Of a stretch of 64,000 bases of DNA, positions 38,613 through 49,412 are shown in pieces (the first letter of the stretch is position 1; each line of letters opens with the position of its first letter). Made by a program: the position numbers and the translations under genes. Location: the NCBI GenBank assembly GCA_963835575.1, contig CAWIGG010000002.1, positions 128,001 to 192,000 of the forward strand, in the 5' to 3' direction. This DNA comes from an uncultured Spirochaetota bacterium. Its GTDB lineage: Bacteria > Spirochaetota > Brevinematia > Brevinematales > JAOACQ01. A model generated the notes under the pieces. The model saw only the letters and a program-made list of their open reading frames with translations. It was not told the DNA's origin and searched no databases.

Positions 38613-38744
38613 AGAGCATGGAAGCGGCTATATTCATGGATTGTTTATTATGTTAATTAGAGTATCTATATAGCTTAGCGAAATCACATACTGGAAAACT
38701 GCTTATTTATCAGCTTTAATGTCTAGAAATTTAAATATTTATTG

Positions 38745-38849
38745 AAACCACAGATTACACAGATTTCACAGATAATTTCTGGCAAACCTATGCTACCGAA
38801 TCTATAAAACCAAAATTATAATCTGTGTTTTTTGTGAAATCTGTGGTTT
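38745..38849. repeat. Empty periodic inverted-repeat cassette
   Basis: AAACCACAGATTACACAGATTTCACAGAT ... ATCTGTGTTTTTTGTGAAATCTGTGGTTT, 9-bp period. Confidence 0.75.
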
Positions 38850-38873
38850 AGATTTTTAAAAAATGAAATTGTA

Positions 38874-39461
38874 TTATAAATGATTGAGGCTGTCCGTCTG
38901 ATTTGAGATGCCTTGCAGGAATTCCTCCATTTCCCTTTTTCTGACTTTGCCGATCTCCCGGGCTTTTTCGGTATAGAGGTTTTCCGGAAGCTTTTCTGAA
39001 AATTCCTGAATGAGGGTGATGGCGCTTTTAACATCCGGCGTCCAGCTTTCCAGCCCGACAATGGAAAGGAACCGTGATATCCCGATATAACCCATAAAAT
39101 CAAGCGTGTCCGCGTCATGGAGAATAAGCGCCTCCTTTATTGAAGAAGGCGTGGAATAATACATATGCCCTTTGATGATTTCTTTTACCGCGGGAATTTT
39201 TTCTTTTGGAAAATCAATGGTTTTTAAGTATTCATCGGCAACTTCAGAGGACCTTTCCGCGTGGTCTACGCCGTCCTTTTTAAAGGGCTTGAACGAGCCG
39301 GCATCATGCATATAGGCGGCGGCGAACAGGAGTTCAATATCGATATTTTCTTTTTGCGGCACTAATATAAGAGAAAGATTATAGACGCGGTGCAGATGAG
39401 TGATGCCCCATGCCGGATGCTGAAACCGCCCGGCGAAGCCGAGAATTTTATCTTTCCACAT
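38874..39461 (-). CDS. HD-domain phosphohydrolase
   Basis: H..RV, AAYMHD, HAERS, LHDADTLD; start MWKDK after AAGGA. Confidence 0.85.
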   Translation of the reverse strand: MWKDKILGFAGRFQHPAWGITHLHRVYNLSLILVPQKENIDIELLFAAAYMHDAGSFKPFKKDGVDHAERSSEVADEYLKTIDFPKEKIPAVKEIIKGHMYYSTPSSIKEALILHDADTLDFMGYIGISRFLSIVGLESWTPDVKSAITLIQEFSEKLPENLYTEKAREIGKVRKREMEEFLQGISNQTDSLNHL

Positions 39462-39521
39462 AAAATGGTCCTTTATTAATTTCTTAACTCTATACCTTTT
39501 TTTTGAATAAATCAAGCTTTT

Positions 39522-40205
39522 TCAATTTCTCCGGCCGAAAAGGGCCCGTCCCAGTCTGACCATATTGGCCCCTTCTTCTATAGCCGTCTCGAAATCATCG
39601 CTCATGCCCATGGAAAGAATGGAAAAATCCGTCCCGGTCAGGACCGCGGAAAGTTTTTCACGAAGCCGGTATAGATTCCGGAAGGCCAGCCTTGTCTCGG
39701 CGGGAGGTTTCCCAAAGGGGCCTATTGTCATAAAACCGGAAACTTTTAAGGCTTTCAGTTCAATAAGCCGGGCGGCGAATTCTTCCGCCTGCTCCTCTCT
39801 GACGCCGGATTTTGTCTGTTCGAGAGAAGTATTGACTTCGATCAGGGCGGGCATGATTTTATTGAGTTCCAGGCATTTTTTATTGAGCTTTTGGGCCGTA
39901 TCAAAGCTGTCGAGAGACTGCACCATATCAAACAGCGATGCCGCTTTATTGGCCTTGTTTTCCTGAAGATGGCCGATCATGTGTTTTTTAAAAGAAAGGT
40001 CTTTCAGTTCTGAAAATTTAGTTTCGGCTTCCTGAACTCGGTTTTCACCGAAGTCTTTAATACCGGCCGAAAAAGCTTCCCGAATGATTGCTGAAGGAAG
40101 CGTCTTTGTAACGGCTATAATATTGATTGGATAGGAAATACCGAGAGAGGCTTTCTTTTTTTCTATGATGTTTCGTATTTTTTCAATATTCGCATGAATA
40201 TCCAT
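39522..40205 (-). CDS. yggS: PLP homeostasis protein (YggS/PROSC)
   Basis: AVTKT, FGENRVQE, HMIGHLQ.NK, LSMGMSDD, VRLGRALFG. Confidence 0.93.
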   Translation of the reverse strand: MDIHANIEKIRNIIEKKKASLGISYPINIIAVTKTLPSAIIREAFSAGIKDFGENRVQEAETKFSELKDLSFKKHMIGHLQENKANKAASLFDMVQSLDSFDTAQKLNKKCLELNKIMPALIEVNTSLEQTKSGVREEQAEEFAARLIELKALKVSGFMTIGPFGKPPAETRLAFRNLYRLREKLSAVLTGTDFSILSMGMSDDFETAIEEGANMVRLGRALFGRRN

Positions 40206-40285
40206 GGTACCCCACCAGTCATCAGCCGGCAGTTAAAAAAGCAGGAGTTTTTTACTTTCGGCCGTCGGGAAAATACTAAGAGATT

Positions 40286-41503
40286 TTATTTCAGACTGTT
40301 GACTGTCAACTGATTTATTACCCACTCTGTATCGAGCGCTATCATCAGTTCCTCGTTTGTCGGGACGACAAGGATCTTGATTTTAGAATCCGGCGCGCTG
40401 ATGTCAGCCAGCTTTGCTTTAGTAGCGCTGTTAGCTTCGTGATCCAGTTTGATGCCGAGTTCCTCCAGGCCGTCCATGCATTTTTCGCGGACATGCCATT
40501 CATTTTCCCCGATGCCGGCCGTAAAGATAATGGCGTCGGTTTTACCGAGCTCCGCCATGTAAGCGCCGATGTATCTCCTTATGGATTTAACCAGTACTTC
40601 AATGGCAAACTGGGCCCGTTTATTCCCTTTGGCGGCCGCATCGTTAATTTCCCGCAGGTCATTGGAAACGCCTGATATGCCGATAAGTCCGCTTTTTTTA
40701 TTCAGGATATCGTCTATCTGTTTGGCTGAAAGGTTCTCTTTCTGCATCAGCGTAAAGACAATGGCCGGATCGATGGAGCCGCAGCGCGTTCCCATGGGAA
40801 GCCCTTCAAGCGGGGTATAACCCATCGATGTGTCCAGGGATTTACCGTTTTGGACGGCCGTGATGCTGGAGCCGTTGCCGAGATGGCAGGTGATGCAGTT
40901 GAAATCATCCTTTTTTATTCCCAGAAACTCAGCCGCTTTCATTGAGACATAGCGGTGCGAAGTTCCATGGAAGCCGTAACGGCGTATTCTGTGCTTTTCA
41001 TAATACTCATAAGGAAGGGCATATATGTAGGAACTTTCCGGCATGGTCTGGTGAAAAGCCGTGTCAAAAACAGCCACCTGCTTAGTTTCCGGCAGGACCT
41101 CTTTGCAGGAAAGGATCCCCTGAAGGTTCGGCGGATTGTGGAGAGGCGCCAATTCGGAATATTTTTCAACAGAAGCAATAACATGGTCAGTTATCAAAGC
41201 GGATGTGTAGAATTCCTCGCCGCCATGGACAACCCTGTGTCCTATGGCGTCTATATCCTTTAAAGAAGCAATGAAGCCATTCTCCGGGCTTACCAGATTG
41301 TCAATGACAATCTGCATGGCCTCTGTATGGTTTTTGGCAGAAACGCTTTTTTTATTTTTTTCATTCTTTTTAGATGTAAAAGTATATTCTGAAGCGGACC
41401 CGATTTTTTCAATAATACCTTTTGTGATAACACCTTCATTCTCCGTTGTCATTAATTGATATTTAAGCGAAGAGCTTCCGCAGTTTATGACCAGTACTTT
41501 CAT
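40286..41503 (-). CDS. ackA: Acetate kinase
   Basis: VINCGSSSLK, GHRVVHGG, APLHNP, RRYGFHGTSH, CHLGNG, FTAGIGEN, PTNEE. Confidence 0.97.
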   Translation of the reverse strand: MKVLVINCGSSSLKYQLMTTENEGVITKGIIEKIGSASEYTFTSKKNEKNKKSVSAKNHTEAMQIVIDNLVSPENGFIASLKDIDAIGHRVVHGGEEFYTSALITDHVIASVEKYSELAPLHNPPNLQGILSCKEVLPETKQVAVFDTAFHQTMPESSYIYALPYEYYEKHRIRRYGFHGTSHRYVSMKAAEFLGIKKDDFNCITCHLGNGSSITAVQNGKSLDTSMGYTPLEGLPMGTRCGSIDPAIVFTLMQKENLSAKQIDDILNKKSGLIGISGVSNDLREINDAAAKGNKRAQFAIEVLVKSIRRYIGAYMAELGKTDAIIFTAGIGENEWHVREKCMDGLEELGIKLDHEANSATKAKLADISAPDSKIKILVVPTNEELMIALDTEWVINQLTVNSLK

Positions 41504-41710
41504 AAAAAATTCTCCTTGAGCTTTCATTATAGAATGGAGCCGTTGAAAAGTCATTTTTTATCAAAATACTCATACGGAATTGTTTGAAAATTAAACTAAA
41601 AAAAAACAGCCGGGACCACATTATTTTGCCAGATATTGCAGCCGCTGCGTATGCTTAGCATACTTCACGCGGCAGCACCGTTTGAATTTACTTGAAGTTT
41701 ATGTTATAGC

Positions 41711-41745
41711 GGCAGTTCCAAAAACTTTGAGTTTTTGGAACTGCC
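41711..41745. repeat. Perfect 16-bp-arm palindrome (IS-end-like mini element)
   Basis: GGCAGTTCCAAAAACT-TTG-AGTTTTTGGAACTGCC between divergent ackA and rpoN. Confidence 0.55.
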
Positions 41746-41865
41746 CTAGATATTAAGGAACAGGGAAAAAGGCTGTGAATAACGGCAGACCCTTTCCCAT
41801 ATCCTTGACATTTTTAATAATTGGCTTAAAAATTAAGGGAAATAGAAATTTTTATTGTACAATAT

Positions 41866-43227
41866 ATGTGGAGTCAATTTATGCGCATGGAAATAAGGCA
41901 GGAACAGCGGCAGATTATATCGCCTGTTATGATCCAGACGCTTGAGCTGGTTATGCTGCCGGGAATGGAGCTCAAAGAAAAGCTGGAAGAAGAAGCTAAA
42001 ATAAATCCGGTAATAAAATTGGATAGAAAAAAGCAGGATTATAAAAGAAGCCGTCAGCGCACAAAAAATTCGAATTTTGACAGCCAGGCATATCTGGAGA
42101 ATATTTCCGTTTATGATTTCAGCCTGTATAAATACATGATGGAACAGGTGAACCGGCTGTCAATAAGCGAAGAGGAAAAACATATCGCGCAGATTATTCT
42201 TTCCAGCATTAACGAAAACGGCCTGCTTCAAAAACCTGACGGCAAGAGCGTCATGAGGCCGATCCCGGTTTATGAACTGATAGAAAACAGCAATATTAAA
42301 ATGGAAGAACTGGAAAAAGTAAGAAAAATGATCCGGCATCTGGACCCTATCGGCATAGCCTCATATGATTCAAGGGAATATCTGGAAATACAGGCGCTTG
42401 AAAAATACGGGAAGGGAAGCCTGGAATACCGGGTTCTCCATGATTACTGCGAACTGCTGGAAAAAAAGCTTTTCACAAAATTGTCCAGGGAACTCGGCGT
42501 ATCATATGAAAAGATCCAGGATGCCATTCATCATATCAGCAAGCTTAATCTTGTGCCGGCGTCGAATTTTTCAAACGGTTATTCTCAATACATTGTTCCG
42601 GACGCTTATGTCAGTGTGGATGAAAACGGCATACACCTCGTTCTGAATGACGACTATATTCCGGATATCAAGCTGAATAAGCAGTATATTGACCTTTACA
42701 GTAATGAAGAATTCAAAGGCAGGAAAATCGTTCTTAATAAAAATGAAAAAGGTTTTTTGAAAGAAAATATCGATAGAGCTAAAATATTGATAGAGAATCT
42801 GCGCTCCAGGAAAGAGATTATATTTAAGGTTATATTAAAAATAATTGAAAAGCAGAAAGACTATTTTTTAAAGGGTTATCAGCATCAAATTCCTTTAAAA
42901 TTAAAGGATATTGCCGATGAATTAAGTATACACGAATCAACCGTCAGCAGGGTGGTCCGTGAAAAATATATTCAGACAAATAAAGGAATGATCGCTTTAA
43001 AAAGCTTTTTTTCCACTAATGTGGGGAATCAGGAAACTTCCTCAAAAAGCGTGAAAGAGATTTTAAAGACTTTTATTGAGGCTGAAGATAAAGACGATCC
43101 TTTGAGTGATGATAGAATTGTACAGATATTTAATAAAAAGGGTATTCAATTGTCCCGAAGAACTGTGGCGAAGTACAGGGCCGAACTGAATATACCGCCG
43201 GCTTTCATGAGGAGGAATCCAAAATAA
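41866..43227 (+). CDS. rpoN: RNA polymerase sigma-54 factor
   Basis: Q-rich region I, LDPIGI, HESTVSRV HTH, PLSDD, RpoN box SRRTVAKYR. Confidence 0.95.
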   Translation: MWSQFMRMEIRQEQRQIISPVMIQTLELVMLPGMELKEKLEEEAKINPVIKLDRKKQDYKRSRQRTKNSNFDSQAYLENISVYDFSLYKYMMEQVNRLSISEEEKHIAQIILSSINENGLLQKPDGKSVMRPIPVYELIENSNIKMEELEKVRKMIRHLDPIGIASYDSREYLEIQALEKYGKGSLEYRVLHDYCELLEKKLFTKLSRELGVSYEKIQDAIHHISKLNLVPASNFSNGYSQYIVPDAYVSVDENGIHLVLNDDYIPDIKLNKQYIDLYSNEEFKGRKIVLNKNEKGFLKENIDRAKILIENLRSRKEIIFKVILKIIEKQKDYFLKGYQHQIPLKLKDIADELSIHESTVSRVVREKYIQTNKGMIALKSFFSTNVGNQETSSKSVKEILKTFIEAEDKDDPLSDDRIVQIFNKKGIQLSRRTVAKYRAELNIPPAFMRRNPK

Positions 43228-43232
43228 GTTAG

Positions 43233-43306
43233 AAGCTGGAAGCTAAAAGCTAAAAGCGGGTAAAGGCGTTTTTTTATGTCTGGCTTTAAGCTTTGAGCTT
43301 TCCGCT
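43233..43306. repeat. 7-bp-period inverted repeat pair
   Basis: AAGCTGGAAGCTAAAAGCTAAAAGC ... GCTTTAAGCTTTGAGCTTTCCGCT. Confidence 0.6.
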
Positions 43307-43323
43307 GAAAAGGAAGGTTTAGA

Positions 43324-45309
43324 ATGGATAGGTTAAAGGATTTGCTGGGGGAAGACCAGGAAAAGGATTTTTCCGCCGATACGGAAGGTTCTTCATCTGA
43401 AGACAGAGAACTTGAAGTATATGCTTTCTCTGCCGAAGAAGCGTTAAAAAGCGCAGCTCAGGAGCTTAAGACAAGTATTGTCAATCTTCAATACAGGATC
43501 CTTGAAAAGGGCAGTATGGGCGTTATGGGCATCGGCAGGAAGCCTAATAAATTCCTTGTTTTTGTTGAAGAAGGCGGTAAAGGTGCGGAAACTATTGCAT
43601 ATGAGGGATTAAAGAACGAATTAATGGTGCAAGAGGAGCAGGCGGCCCAGAATAAAGACGGTCAGTACAAAGTAATAGTAACGAAAGAAGGCATTTATAT
43701 TAAAATAGAACCCCCGCTTGGTAAAGGTAAAAAAGCGGACCTGGCTGATATTCAAAGGCATCTGCAGAACCGTGAAATTGTGAAGTATAACGAAGACGCG
43801 GTTAAAAAAGAAATTGACCATCCGAAAAAGAAATTAGTCAGAATAGGCGACTATATCCCTTCGCAGAATGACAGTCATTTCCAGGTCCAGATTTCCCCTG
43901 ATGAAATGAAAGCTTATATGACAATGACGAAACCTGAGAAGTTCGGCAGGATTGTGGATATTGATGAAATCATATCGGCTTTAAAATCAAAAAACGTTCA
44001 GTATGGAATAAAGAAAGATGCCATTGAAAATGCGGTTGAGAATGAGCTTTATAATATGCCGGTTATTGTGGCCGAAGGCGATATGCCGGCTGAGGGTAAA
44101 GATTCCCAGATAAAATATCATTTTAAAGTTGATTCGGATACGGTTAAGTTTGAAGTGGCTGATGACGGGAGTGTTGACTTTCATAAGCTGGATAATGTTC
44201 AGAGTGTTGTTGTCGGTCAGGTCCTGGCGACAAAAATGCCGCCGGAGAAAGGAAAAGCCGGAAAAACCATTACAGGAAGGATCATCCCGGCCAGGGACGG
44301 CAAGGATGTCAAAATTGCGTCAGGCGGCAATACCCATCTTTCGCCCGACGGATATCAAATAATATCTGATATTAACGGCCAGGTGATATTTAAAAATAAT
44401 AAAGTCCAGGTTGAGCCGGTATTGGAAGTCAGCGGCGATGTTGACCTGACGACAGGCGATATTAATTTCCCGGGCAATGTAATTATTTACGGTAATGTGA
44501 ATGATACTTTTAAAGTATATTCCGGCGCTAATATTGAAATAAAAGGGAATATCGGAAAAGCGGATGTTGTGGCGGAAGGCAATATTATCGTCCGTCAGGG
44601 CATTCAGGGTAAGGACACGGCAAAAATCATCTGCGCCGGCGATATTTACGCCAAATTCATAGAAAGGGCGAATGTAAAGGCGGAAGGTTATGTTGTGGTG
44701 ACGGAAGTGATACTGCACAGCAATGTTGAGTGCAAGCAGAAAGTAATCTGCCAGGGCGGAAAAAGGTCGCAGATTGCCGGAGGAAAAGTCCATGCTTTTC
44801 ATGAGATTAACGCGAAATACCTGGGGGCGGAAGCATATACAGAAACTGTTCTGGAGGCTGGAACTGATCAGGAAGTCGAAGATAAAATACTTGAGATCCA
44901 TAAAAGAAAGGAACAAATTCAAAAAGAATGGCCTGAAGTAACCCTACAGCTGACGAACCTGACCATGCTGCTGGCCAGCGGTCCATTGCCGCCCGATAAA
45001 CAGGACCAGTTTAATATTTTAACATTAAAAAACAGCGAATTTAAACAGGAAATGGCAACTCTGGATGATAAACTGAAACAGCTTGCCGAATATCTGGATT
45101 CGCTGGCTAAAAGCGCTAGAATATCCGCTTCGAAGACAGTCTATCCCGGCGTTAGAGTGAAAATTAGAAATGAAGCGCTGGTCATTAAAAACGAATATAA
45201 ATTTGTCACTTTCTTCAGGGAAGGCGGCCTTATAAAAATCACTCCTTTTGAAAAATCCAAAGAGATGGAAGAAAAGATCAAAGGTATGTCCAAGTCAAGA
45301 AATCTTTAG
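43324..45309 (+). CDS. fapA: FapA (DUF342) flagellar assembly protein with N-terminal Jag_N-like domain
   Basis: EEALKSAAQEL...YRILEKG..G.MGIG; GDVDLTTGDINFPGNV; VYPGVRVKI. Confidence 0.85.
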   Translation: MDRLKDLLGEDQEKDFSADTEGSSSEDRELEVYAFSAEEALKSAAQELKTSIVNLQYRILEKGSMGVMGIGRKPNKFLVFVEEGGKGAETIAYEGLKNELMVQEEQAAQNKDGQYKVIVTKEGIYIKIEPPLGKGKKADLADIQRHLQNREIVKYNEDAVKKEIDHPKKKLVRIGDYIPSQNDSHFQVQISPDEMKAYMTMTKPEKFGRIVDIDEIISALKSKNVQYGIKKDAIENAVENELYNMPVIVAEGDMPAEGKDSQIKYHFKVDSDTVKFEVADDGSVDFHKLDNVQSVVVGQVLATKMPPEKGKAGKTITGRIIPARDGKDVKIASGGNTHLSPDGYQIISDINGQVIFKNNKVQVEPVLEVSGDVDLTTGDINFPGNVIIYGNVNDTFKVYSGANIEIKGNIGKADVVAEGNIIVRQGIQGKDTAKIICAGDIYAKFIERANVKAEGYVVVTEVILHSNVECKQKVICQGGKRSQIAGGKVHAFHEINAKYLGAEAYTETVLEAGTDQEVEDKILEIHKRKEQIQKEWPEVTLQLTNLTMLLASGPLPPDKQDQFNILTLKNSEFKQEMATLDDKLKQLAEYLDSLAKSARISASKTVYPGVRVKIRNEALVIKNEYKFVTFFREGGLIKITPFEKSKEMEEKIKGMSKSRNL

Positions 45310-45484
45310 AGGAAAGAGAGCGGATTTTTCATAAATTTTCCCCGGATAATATGGATTTTTTATATTCCACATTGTATAATAATTTGAATATTGAATAATA
45401 GATTGTTCCTTTCCTTTTGATAAGAGGAAAGAAGATTTTTTTTATACTCCTGAGGGGGGGAGAATTAATATAAGGCGGGGAAAT

Positions 45485-46324
45485 ATGTATGAGAGGGCTT
45501 TGATAAATCAGGCAAAAGATTATATTGAAGCTAAACTGGCGCAGACTCAGAAGAAATTTGATGTCATCATTTCTACTACAGCCGATCCCAGGAAAAAGGA
45601 ATCCATTTTGAAAACGGTCAGTGAGATTGAAAGGGATATGCAGAAGCTGCAGAGCGGGAATTTTTCCGGTGATGAAATGGCCAAGTATGATATATCGTTT
45701 GAAGATTTAAGGAATCATATTGATAACATCAGAAAACCGAGGATGTTCAGTTATAAAATTTTAAGGAACATACCCGTTATAAAATTAAGTAATTTTTCCA
45801 ACAGCCAGGAAATTAACTCGATCTGGACTTATCTGAATTATTTCGGCAATGAATATCTGGGGCTCTTAAGCGAGCAGAATCTGCCTCTGGATTACGGTCA
45901 TGCTTACCAGCGCGATAAGTTCTTTAATCAGTATAATCAGAACATCCGGCTCCTGGAAGAATACGGCAATGTCTTGGAGCAGATTGAAGCGGCGGCCGAA
46001 AATAAAAACAAGGATTACAAGGACAGGCTTATAAAAGTTCAGGGCAAGGAATACCGTGATATCATTATTAAAACAGGGTATTTTCTGTATGCCATTAAAG
46101 ATTTTATAGAGGATATAGATAAAAGTGAAAAGGAAGGGGAAAAGGTTTTACAGGAACCGGAAAAGATTGTGGGGATAAAAGGCGTTAATTCAATGCTTGA
46201 AGGTATGGCGGCAAAGGAAGCGCTTAAAGATCTCTATGAATTCACGAAGGAATTTGTCGATTTCTTAAAGATTCCGGACCTGAGGAAAATTGATGAAAAG
46301 GAATCCCGATCTTTTCCCAATTAA
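45485..46324 (+). CDS. Hypothetical helical protein
   Basis: 279-aa ORF with RBS, co-oriented with neighbours; no motif recognised. Confidence 0.7.
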   Translation: MYERALINQAKDYIEAKLAQTQKKFDVIISTTADPRKKESILKTVSEIERDMQKLQSGNFSGDEMAKYDISFEDLRNHIDNIRKPRMFSYKILRNIPVIKLSNFSNSQEINSIWTYLNYFGNEYLGLLSEQNLPLDYGHAYQRDKFFNQYNQNIRLLEEYGNVLEQIEAAAENKNKDYKDRLIKVQGKEYRDIIIKTGYFLYAIKDFIEDIDKSEKEGEKVLQEPEKIVGIKGVNSMLEGMAAKEALKDLYEFTKEFVDFLKIPDLRKIDEKESRSFPN

Positions 46325-46356
46325 AAGTAAACTTTAAAACTTACAGGAGAAATATC

Positions 46357-46740
46357 GTGGCTTTGAAAACTGAAATAACCAACAGCATCATCGGGGAAAA
46401 ATCCTATTTTGAAGGAAAATTCCTGATAAACGGCACCATACAAATTAACGGAAAATTTGAAGGAGCCGTATTGAAGGTCGATCAGATATTTATCGGCCCG
46501 GGAGGAAGAGTTAAAGCTGACCTGGAAGCTTCCTCGATCGTGATCGAAGGGGTCGTGATCGGTAATATTAAAGCGAATACAAGGGTCATGCTTATGCCTA
46601 CAGCCCGCGTCCTGGGCGATATCAAAACTCCGGAACTCATCATCCAGAACGGCGTCGTGCTGGAAGGAAGATGTTTGATCAGTAATAATCTCAATTCTCC
46701 GGCAAAGGAAACAATAGTTAAAATATACAATGAAAAATAA
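46357..46740 (+). CDS. Bactofilin (polymer-forming cytoskeletal protein)
   Basis: SIIGEKSYFEG...INGKFEG...IEGVVIGNI...GDIKTPELIIQNG. Confidence 0.9.
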   Translation: MALKTEITNSIIGEKSYFEGKFLINGTIQINGKFEGAVLKVDQIFIGPGGRVKADLEASSIVIEGVVIGNIKANTRVMLMPTARVLGDIKTPELIIQNGVVLEGRCLISNNLNSPAKETIVKIYNEK

Positions 46741-47677
46741 AATGATAGCCCTGACTTTCGGTAATCCCAACGGAATTGGACCGGAGGTCGCCGCGAAAGC
46801 CGTTGAAAAAATCCCTCCCCGTTTACTGCAGGATTTTATTCTTATTGGCGATGAAGATTCATATAATCATTATTTCAAAAAAAAGCGGAATATTAATTTT
46901 CTTCCTGTCGATGTTAAATTTCCTTATAAAGGATGCCGTTTCTGCCCGGGCGAACAAAGCCCGGTTTCAGGGGCCCTTTCGTGGCTTTTTCTTCAAAAGG
47001 CTGTAGAGCTCGCTAAAAAAGGCGATGCCGCGGCTATTGTAACTGCCCCGATTTCCAAGGAATTGATTGTCAGATCCGGACAAAAAGGATTCATTGACCA
47101 CACGACTTTTTTTGCAAATGAATTTAAAGTTAAAAAATTCAATATGATGTTTTATTCAGAAGATTTAAAAGTCATCCTGGCGACCATCCATATTCCGTTA
47201 AAACGGGTCGCCGTCTGTCTTACGCGGGAATTGGTGAAAAACACGCTTAATAACGCCCTGCAGTTCGGCAGGAAGTTGGAAAATAAAAATTACAGGGTCG
47301 CTGTCTGCGGTTTGAATCCGCATGCGGGTGAAAACGGACTGATGGGTAATGAGGACAGGGAAATCATTCTTCCCGCCGTACGCAGTTTTCAGAAAAAAGG
47401 GTACGCTGTTGCCGGCCCGCTTCCCGCCGATACGGTCTTTTATAAAGCGTACCAAGGCGAGTATGATATTGTTGTCGCGATGTACCATGATCAGGGCCTT
47501 GCCCCTTTCAAACTGCTGCATTTTGAAAACGGTGTGAATGTTACTTTAGGCCTGCCGATTGTCAGGACTTCACCCGACCATGGCACTGCCTTCGACATAG
47601 CCGGGAAAGGGAAAGCAAGCAGCGGAAGCATGTTAAGCGCCATAAAACTGGCTTTAAGATTAACGGGAAGAGAATAA
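46730..47677 (+). CDS. pdxA: 4-hydroxythreonine-4-phosphate dehydrogenase
   Basis: GIGPEV, TAPISK, LNPHAGE, PADT.F, MYHDQG, RTSPDHGTAFDIAG. Confidence 0.93.
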   Translation: MKNKMIALTFGNPNGIGPEVAAKAVEKIPPRLLQDFILIGDEDSYNHYFKKKRNINFLPVDVKFPYKGCRFCPGEQSPVSGALSWLFLQKAVELAKKGDAAAIVTAPISKELIVRSGQKGFIDHTTFFANEFKVKKFNMMFYSEDLKVILATIHIPLKRVAVCLTRELVKNTLNNALQFGRKLENKNYRVAVCGLNPHAGENGLMGNEDREIILPAVRSFQKKGYAVAGPLPADTVFYKAYQGEYDIVVAMYHDQGLAPFKLLHFENGVNVTLGLPIVRTSPDHGTAFDIAGKGKASSGSMLSAIKLALRLTGRE

Positions 47678-47965
47678 TAATCTGGTAAATCTTCGTTTTT
47701 ATATCAAATAATCCAATTTTCAATTCTTTATGATTTAAAACAAGCATTTATAATAATAGATTTAATGGATAACCACTGGTGTAAATACCAAGGAGAGGGG
47801 GCGGGGTTAGTTTTTGAGTATTTGAATTAATAACAGATTTAATGATTCAGCTTTGCGCCTTTGCGTGCATTTCTTTTTCACTCAAAGAATCAACTTACGC
47901 AATCGAAGTGTTGAGGGGAAACTCTGTGGCAAATAAATCAACAGACTTTTTCTGCGGCTCTTTTT

Positions 47966-49066
47966 TTAATGGAGCAATTTCTTTTGCGATGCCGCGAAAT
48001 CCAGCGAATAACAGAAGATTTTAGCCGGGCTGGAAAGGGGTATAAACACAGCTTTGGAATTATAATCTTTTGCAATTTTTAAAAAAGGCCTGTCGATTGA
48101 GCCTACAAATTTCGAATTGATATAATGCCCTGTTCTGCTGTCCATCAGAGTCAGATTCCCTTTCGAGTCGATAAAAGCTGTGATGGAAAGGGGTTGCGAC
48201 AGGATAAGCGGAGAATAAGATGCCGCTGAAGAAGAATTGAATGTAAAATCGGAAAAAAGATGATAATTAAGATCCTTGTTATCGGAATTCGTAAAAAGTG
48301 TTGTTCCGCTACTGTCAAATAAAAAAGCGGACGCGCCGGTATTCCAGTTCAGAATAGCGCTTTCAGAAGTCCATGCGAGCGTATTAAGTATTTTTGTCCC
48401 TTCTGATGTGGAAATATAAAGCCTGCTTTTATAATATGAGGCATTGCCTGAAAAATAACCATTAAATTGGTAATATCCTTTAATAAAACGGAAAGCGGGA
48501 TCGGTTTGATAAACTTTTGATTTATCGTCAATTAAATAGAATAAATCGCCGCCCCTTATAACAGCGGTTATGTTTTGTATATTAGGAGGAATAGAAAAGA
48601 GCTCTATCCTTTTCTCAATACTGTTTATCACAATGATCTTGTTGCTGGTATGAACAATAATCCCAAGCGGATCGGCTGTATAAGAGTCTTTTGTAATGAA
48701 AGGTATATTGGTTTCAAAACTGACTATTCCCTGCTCGAATGAATAGGTCCTGAGAAAAGATGAGGCGGCGTCCGGTTTGCAGGAAATTACAGACAATCCT
48801 GATTTGTCGGTAAAAAGCAATTGAACGTTTTCCCTGTTCAGTTTTCTTTTCCAGTTAATAAGACCTGAATCCATCCAGCAAGAATAAATATTTCCGGAAG
48901 CATCGGCGAAAAAGAGATTGTTATCATTTATTTCTATTCCGGCAACAGGTGGAGAAGGAAGATTTTTTTCCCATATCACGCCTTCACTTATATCCATGTT
49001 TTGAAGAGAACATGAAGTAAAAGAGATTATGAAATAAAAGAAAAAAACGGATAAGCATCTTTTCAT
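47966..49066 (-). CDS. PQQ-like beta-propeller lipoprotein
   Basis: FTS-C lipobox; VIWEK, SG.INWK blade motifs. Confidence 0.65.
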   Translation of the reverse strand: MKRCLSVFFFYFIISFTSCSLQNMDISEGVIWEKNLPSPPVAGIEINDNNLFFADASGNIYSCWMDSGLINWKRKLNRENVQLLFTDKSGLSVISCKPDAASSFLRTYSFEQGIVSFETNIPFITKDSYTADPLGIIVHTSNKIIVINSIEKRIELFSIPPNIQNITAVIRGGDLFYLIDDKSKVYQTDPAFRFIKGYYQFNGYFSGNASYYKSRLYISTSEGTKILNTLAWTSESAILNWNTGASAFLFDSSGTTLFTNSDNKDLNYHLFSDFTFNSSSAASYSPLILSQPLSITAFIDSKGNLTLMDSRTGHYINSKFVGSIDRPFLKIAKDYNSKAVFIPLSSPAKIFCYSLDFAASQKKLLH

Positions 49067-49171
49067 AAGAGAATGCAAGCCTTATTGATATTTCGGGATT
49101 TCATATTTATAATAATACATACTTATTGGGGTTTATGTCAAGTTTAAACGGTTACGATATAAGAAATTAAT

Positions 49172-49251
49172 AAGATAAAAGCTAAAAGCGGAAAGCGGTC
49201 ATATTACAGCTAATTTCTATAAATTAATACTTTAAGCTTTTAGGCTTTCCG
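49172..49251. repeat. 7-bp-period inverted repeat pair
   Basis: AAGATAAAAGCTAAAAGCGGAAAGC ... CTTTAAGCTTTTAGGCTTTCCG; same family as 43233. Confidence 0.55.
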
Positions 49252-49412
49252 TATTAAGCCCGGATTTATATATAAGTTTATTGAACTGCCTGAAATTATC
49301 AGGTTTGCTTTTTTTAGTCAGAGAACTTATAATTTTAGTCTTTTAAATTAAAAAGGAATAAATATACCGGCTTGTAATTTTATAATAAATTTATACCAAA
49401 GGCAGAGAAAAC

